Assembly: GCA_030740155.1 (NCBI GenBank)
Contig: JASLXV010000083.1
Location: forward strand, 1-10,618
Direction: 5' to 3'
Length of the DNA: 10,618 nucleotides
Source of the DNA: Dehalococcoidia bacterium
GTDB taxonomy: Bacteria > Chloroflexota > Dehalococcoidia > Lucifugimonadales > UBA3495
Shown here piece after piece: positions 7,171 through 10,618 of the stretch. A model generated the notes under the pieces. It searched no databases. It was not told the DNA's origin and worked only from the letters and a program-made list of their open reading frames with translations. The translations under genes and the position numbers were made by a program. The first letter of the stretch is position 1. The number at the start of each line of letters is the position of its first letter.

Positions 7171-7323
7171 GAATTTCGTCGAGCACGGTCCCTTTCTCGA
7201 GACGCGGCAGGTTGACGCGGGGAAATGCGGGCAGAAAGGACCGTCGCCTAAACTTCGGACGCGGTTGGAGCTTACCCCTGACCTCCCAAGCCGTCCGGAC
7301 ATTCGTGTGCGAGGTTGGTTTCC

Positions 7324-8154
7324 ATGACATACAAGCACGTACTATACGAAAAGCGCGGCAGAACGGCTTTCGTAACCATCAACCGTCCCGAGGCAATGAA
7401 CGCGGTAAGCTTCGAGGCCAACTCCGAGTTGTTCGACGTCTGGACCGACTTCGCCGAAGACCCGGAGGTCTGGATCGCCATCCTCACGGGCGCGGGCCAG
7501 AAGGCGTTTTGCGCCGGGTCCGACATCAAGGCCATGGTCACGGCCACCGAAGAGCAACGGGCGATGAGCAATACCGAGCGGGAGGCCCGCGACTCTCACG
7601 TCCAGGAGGGCGGCCTGGTTCACCGGGAGATCTGGAAGCCCATCATCGCCGCCGTCAACGGCTACTGTCTTGGGGGCGGACTGGAAATCGCCATGGCCTG
7701 CGACATCATCATCGCCTCCGAGAATGCCAGCTTCGGCGTGCCCGAGATCAGGAACACCGGCAGCTATCCGGGCTCCGGCGGGGTCCACCGGCTTCCCCGG
7801 CACATCCCCATCAAGATCGCGATGCAGATGTTTTTGACCGGCGATCGCATCAGCGCCGAAGAGGCTATGCGACACGGCTTGATCAACAAGGTTGTGCCCG
7901 CGGACCAGCTCATCGCGGAAGCCGTGGCAATGGCCGACCGGATCAACGAGAACTCGCCGATATCGGCGCGGGTCGCCAAGGAGATGGTGACCAAGAGCCT
8001 GGATGTCCCGCTCGAGTACCCCAATCCGGGCACCCGGGCCTGGGACATCGAGCCCGAGATAGCGGCGAAGCTGCGGGCATCGGAGGACTGGCAATCAAGG
8101 GAGGGCCCGAGGTCTTTCGTGGAAAAGCGCCGGCCAGTCTGGAAGGGCCGCTAG
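7324..8154 (+). CDS. Enoyl-CoA hydratase/isomerase (crotonase) family protein
   Basis: VTINRPEAMNA, AFCAGSDIK, KPIIAAVNGYCLGGGLEIAMACD and FGVPE (both catalytic Glu present), C-terminal FVEKRRPVWKG. ATG 7324 is preferred over TTG 7315 because GAGGT lies at 7311-7315. Confidence 0.95.
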   Translation: MTYKHVLYEKRGRTAFVTINRPEAMNAVSFEANSELFDVWTDFAEDPEVWIAILTGAGQKAFCAGSDIKAMVTATEEQRAMSNTEREARDSHVQEGGLVHREIWKPIIAAVNGYCLGGGLEIAMACDIIIASENASFGVPEIRNTGSYPGSGGVHRLPRHIPIKIAMQMFLTGDRISAEEAMRHGLINKVVPADQLIAEAVAMADRINENSPISARVAKEMVTKSLDVPLEYPNPGTRAWDIEPEIAAKLRASEDWQSREGPRSFVEKRRPVWKGR

Positions 8155-8284
8155 TGGTCAGTCAACCTCGTTTTGGCGGGATGTCATTCTGAGGAGCGCA
8201 GCGACGAAGAATCTCAGCGTAACAACGAGATTCTTCGCTTCGCTCTGAATGACAACTATCACTAATAGGTTGAGTGAGCGCTAG
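8151..8284. mobile_element. MITE-like element with CTAG at both ends, imperfect terminal inverted repeats and an internal REP-like hairpin
   Basis: Left CTAGTGGTCAGTCAACCT (8151-8168) versus reverse complement of 8267-8284 CTAGCGCTCACTCAACCT, 15/18 identical; no coding capacity. Confidence 0.5.
8182..8254. repeat. REP-like inverted pair, GTCATTCTGAG...GAAGAATCT family
   Basis: TGTCATTC (8182-8189) pairs with GAATGACA (8247-8254); CGAAGAATCTC (8205-8215) pairs with GAGATTCTTCG (8227-8237). This widespread repeat gives spurious CHSERSEES-type translations. Confidence 0.9.
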
Positions 8285-8313
8285 GCTGATTTCGGGAATA
8301 TCGGTTTGGATCA

Positions 8314-8460
8314 ACCGTTCGCCCTGAGCTTGCCGAAGGGCCTGGGGCCGGTGGTTCGACAAGCCGGTCCTGCCGTAGGACTTCCAAGAAACTAACGGGA
8401 ACTACCGCATCTCGTCCCAACTCGTTCCCGCGGTGCGTGCCGGTGCTCACCACGAACGGT
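8314..8460. repeat. REP-like inverted pair, CCGTTCGnnnTGAGCTTGnCGAA family, right arm interrupted
   Basis: Left arm ACCGTTCGCCCTGAGCTTGCCGAAGGG (8314-8340); right arm TGGTTCGACAAGC (8352-8364) plus TCACCACGAACGGT (8447-8460), separated by 82 nt. Confidence 0.8.
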
Positions 8461-8478
8461 ATTGGTAGCGCCGGTTGT

Positions 8479-8508
8479 CGGGTCGATTATCGGCGGGTCG
8501 ATTATCGG
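8479..8508. repeat. Perfect 15-bp tandem duplication
   Basis: CGGGTCGATTATCGG at 8479-8493 and 8494-8508; a degenerate partial unit lies just upstream. Confidence 0.9.
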
Positions 8509-8517
8509 TAGGAAGAG

Positions 8518-8964
8518 CTAACTCAGCCTGGAGGGCAGGGCCACCAGGACCGGGCCCGGTCCCACGCTGACGCCCTTTAAGGTCTCCGACCAGACCTCCA
8601 ACTCCACCAGGTTCTGTCCATCCTCTTGCCACTTCTTCTTCACGGTCCCCTTGGTGGTCACCGGGTCACCCACGGTGTTGAAGATCTTCATCCGGAAGGG
8701 GCCCACCTTCTTGATCCGGCCGTCGAGACCGATGAACTCCTGGACGGTGCGGTTCCACATGCCCTGGATGAACACGTTGTTGATGTACATCTCCGGCGCC
8801 CCCTGGGACTGGGCGACCCGGGTGTTGTGGTGGATCGGGGAAAAGTCCCGGTTGGCCCCCGCCTCGATGATCATGCGTTGGACCGTCAGGTGGAAGGTTA
8901 CGGGAGGAAGCTCCGTCCCTTCATCGACATCTTCGAAGTAGCGCTGCTGTGTCCAATCAGCCAT
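8518..8964 (-). CDS. MaoC-like hot-dog fold acyl-CoA (de)hydratase, probable catalytic subunit
   Basis: 148 aa. RYFEDVDEGTELP start; hydratase motif ANRDFSPIHHN (D-x4-H); AQSQGAP; VGDPVTTKGTVKKK; RBS AGGAGG. Confidence 0.88.
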   Translation of the reverse strand: MADWTQQRYFEDVDEGTELPPVTFHLTVQRMIIEAGANRDFSPIHHNTRVAQSQGAPEMYINNVFIQGMWNRTVQEFIGLDGRIKKVGPFRMKIFNTVGDPVTTKGTVKKKWQEDGQNLVELEVWSETLKGVSVGPGPVLVALPSRLS

Positions 8965-9024
8965 GGCTTAATGCCCTCCTGAACGATATGCGGATGGGTC
9001 TTGGTTACGCTTGGGGCCATGGGG

Positions 9025-9609
9025 CTAGCTTTTGGCGTGCGGGTTGTAGGCATAGCCTCCGGTCCGCGTCTTGGCCACCAACTCTCCGTTCTGATTGGTG
9101 ATCTCGCTCTCGAAGACAGTGAAGGCGCCGTAGCCGACACTGGTCTCCCGCAAGATCACGGACACCAGTTTTCTGCCCTTGGTGGTCAGAACGTCCCCCA
9201 CGTAGACCGGGGCGAAATACTCGATCTCGACGTCCGTGGCGAAACTGGCGGTGGTTCTTGGCATGGGGAGGGGCCGGGCGCGGGTATCGCCGGTGGGCTG
9301 CCGGTCGGCCCGGGCATCGACATCGGAGTTCGGCCATTTGGTGGAGTCACCCGGTTTCCAGATAGGAGGGTAGGAGAAGGTCCGGTTGATACCGCTGATC
9401 GGCGCGATGATGCCCCGATAGCCGTGCTGCTTAGCTATCGCGTCGTCATGGTGAAGGGGACAGTCCAGCTCCAACGGCTCGCAGTAACGCCGGATGGCGC
9501 CCGCTTCCACCGGGTCGGCCGATGTCTGGATCTCGCCCCCTGAAAAGTCCTCGCCGATGGCGGCCTTGAGGTCGTCCCAGGTGTACTCTTTCTCTTGCTG
9601 CTGAGTCAT
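9025..9609 (-). CDS. MaoC N-terminal/FAS1-like dehydratase-domain protein, probable partner subunit
   Basis: DPVEAGAIRRYCEPLELDCPLHHDDAIAKQHGYRGIIAP, EIEYFAPVYVGDVLT and ITNQNGELVA. Start placed at 9609 (MTQQQ) because AAGGAGGAG directly precedes it. Confidence 0.88.
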   Translation of the reverse strand: MTQQQEKEYTWDDLKAAIGEDFSGGEIQTSADPVEAGAIRRYCEPLELDCPLHHDDAIAKQHGYRGIIAPISGINRTFSYPPIWKPGDSTKWPNSDVDARADRQPTGDTRARPLPMPRTTASFATDVEIEYFAPVYVGDVLTTKGRKLVSVILRETSVGYGAFTVFESEITNQNGELVAKTRTGGYAYNPHAKS

Positions 9610-9728
9610 AGCTCCTCCTTTGCCCGCGGAAATGAGATCGTGTTTCCGCGAGCCATCGCGTAGCCGCATTCTGCAACGGGGCTTCCCACGGACGGTGCTT
9701 CAAGCCTAAGCCGCGGCTGCTGGGCTCA

Positions 9729-9757
9729 AAAGTACAGGCGGCGCAACTATTTGTCAA
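9729..9757 (-). promoter_or_regulatory. Putative sigma70 promoter for the MaoC pair
   Basis: Minus strand TTGACA (9757-9752), 17-nt spacer, TACTTT (9734-9729), about 120 nt before the ATG at 9609. Confidence 0.65.
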
Positions 9758-9777
9758 ACAGAGTTCCGCCGGCGACC

Positions 9778-9993
9778 CCCGGAGTGGGAATCCCGGCGGA
9801 CATACTGGGAAAGGTCTTCGATCCCTTCTTCACCGCCAAGGAACTGAGGGATGGCACCGGCTTGGGCCTCTCTATCATTCATGACATAGTCCAAGCGCAC
9901 CATGGTAAAATTACTTGTGAATCACGGGTAAATGAAGGAACGTCAATAATCATCACCCTACCTGCCGAAGGAGGACCAGGTGTCCGCGCCTAG
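9778..9993 (+). pseudogene. C-terminal fragment of a histidine kinase ATPase (HATPase_c) domain
   Basis: PGVGIPADILGKVFDPFFTAKELRDGTGLGLSIIHDIVQAHHGKITCESRVNEGTSIIITLP covers part of G1, the F box, G2 and the final strands. The H box, N box and G1 Asp are missing, and there is no RBS at TTG 9751. Confidence 0.85.
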
Positions 9994-10516
9994 CGTTCTA
10001 GTGGTTGACGACGACCCGGCGTTGAGGGAGATTGTGGCGGAGGGCCTTCAGACGGAAGGCTACGAAATCCGGTTCGCCGAAAATGGCGCGGAGGCGTTGG
10101 TTCTGGTCCGTGAGGCTCAACCCAACGTGATTATCCTCGATCTCGGTATGCCGGTAATGGGCGGCCTGGAATTCCTGGCTGAGATCAATCTAAAGCCATC
10201 CGACCCCATAGCCGTGGTAGTGCTCACCGCCATGGGGGACGCTGAATCGGCGGGAGCATCCTTCGATGCCGGGGTCAGCGCCTTTGTCAAGAAACCCTTT
10301 ACGCTCAACGAGTTGAGAGGGGCCGTGAAGAACGCCCTGGCGGCCAAGGAACATTCGACGCTCGTTACCCAGTTGGCGTTGGCCGGGGCCGCGCAGGGTG
10401 CGATCCAGGATGAAATCTCCCAGCGGCTGGACGCCATCGGGAAGTACCTTCAAGACGTGGCGGGGCTGAAAAACAAGTGTAGACCGTCAGCGATAATGGG
10501 ACACATTGGGGTGTAA
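9980..10516 (+). CDS. Response regulator receiver protein with a short helical C-terminal extension
   Basis: VLVVDDD, IILDLGMPVMGG, VVVLTA and FVKKPF carry all REC catalytic residues; RBS AAGGAGG at 9968-9974 before the GTG; overlaps the end of the kinase fragment. Confidence 0.92.
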   Translation: MSAPSVLVVDDDPALREIVAEGLQTEGYEIRFAENGAEALVLVREAQPNVIILDLGMPVMGGLEFLAEINLKPSDPIAVVVLTAMGDAESAGASFDAGVSAFVKKPFTLNELRGAVKNALAAKEHSTLVTQLALAGAAQGAIQDEISQRLDAIGKYLQDVAGLKNKCRPSAIMGHIGV

Positions 10517-10587
10517 GAAAACCCGAGAAAGTGGAAGTGGCGTGAGCTCCTGGAGTGAAGGTACATTACTTCCAGAAAGGAGCAAAT

Positions 10588-10618
10588 GTGTCCCAGTCAG
10601 AAAACATCAAGGCCAATG
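10588..10618 (+). CDS. Probable start of a downstream gene running off the window (MSQSENIKAN...)
   Basis: AAAGGAG at 10576-10582 is followed by ATG (10586) or GTG (10588); both frames stay open to the window edge. Too short to identify. Confidence 0.35.
   Translation, partial: MSQSENIKAN

Noticed and set aside
8162..8453. Small ORFs 8162-8362 and 8262-8453
   Set aside because: They are translations of repeat arms (CHSERSEES, LRQAQGER).
8481..8508. PcaR/PobR-like IclR operator (CGATAATCG core)
   Set aside because: It lies between convergent 3' ends with no promoter to control, and the AT-rich flanks are absent.
8151..8510. CRISPR array or integron attC sites
   Set aside because: The repeats are inverted pairs from different families, not regularly spaced direct repeats, and no cas or integrase gene is present.
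1926..9641. Shared 11-mer AATGAGATCGT in two upstream regions (1926-1936 and 9631-9641)
   Set aside because: One 11-nt match is expected by chance at this sequence length, and the positions relative to the promoters differ.
9751..9993. Intact 80-aa histidine kinase starting at TTG 9751
   Set aside because: There is no RBS, the start overlaps the opposite-strand -35 box, and the H and N boxes are missing.

Overview
High-GC bacterial catabolic region. Gene content and repeat types suggest Chloroflexota (Dehalococcoidia/SAR202-like), but that is inference only. Gene order: dienelactone hydrolase (-), small winged-helix-like hypothetical (-), FrhB/FpoF-type Fe-S flavoprotein plus iorA-iorB 2-oxoacid:ferredoxin oxidoreductase (+), NAD(P)H-dependent FMN reductase (-) preceded by an unannotated MarR remnant, enoyl-CoA hydratase (+), two MaoC/hot-dog hydratase subunits (-), a 5'-truncated histidine kinase ATPase fragment and a response regulator (+). 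The intergenic DNA holds several palindromic REP/MITE-like families, including a nested, interrupted cluster at 8151-8460. The best candidate for an undescribed system is the stand-alone FrhB-family protein beside a motif-divergent IorAB, which could link 2-oxoacid oxidation to F420 reduction. Other leads are a structured ~150-nt leader before the hydratase and a His-less DHp-like tail on the response regulator. No rRNA, tRNA, CRISPR array or transposase was found. All calls come from reading motifs by eye; no searches were run.
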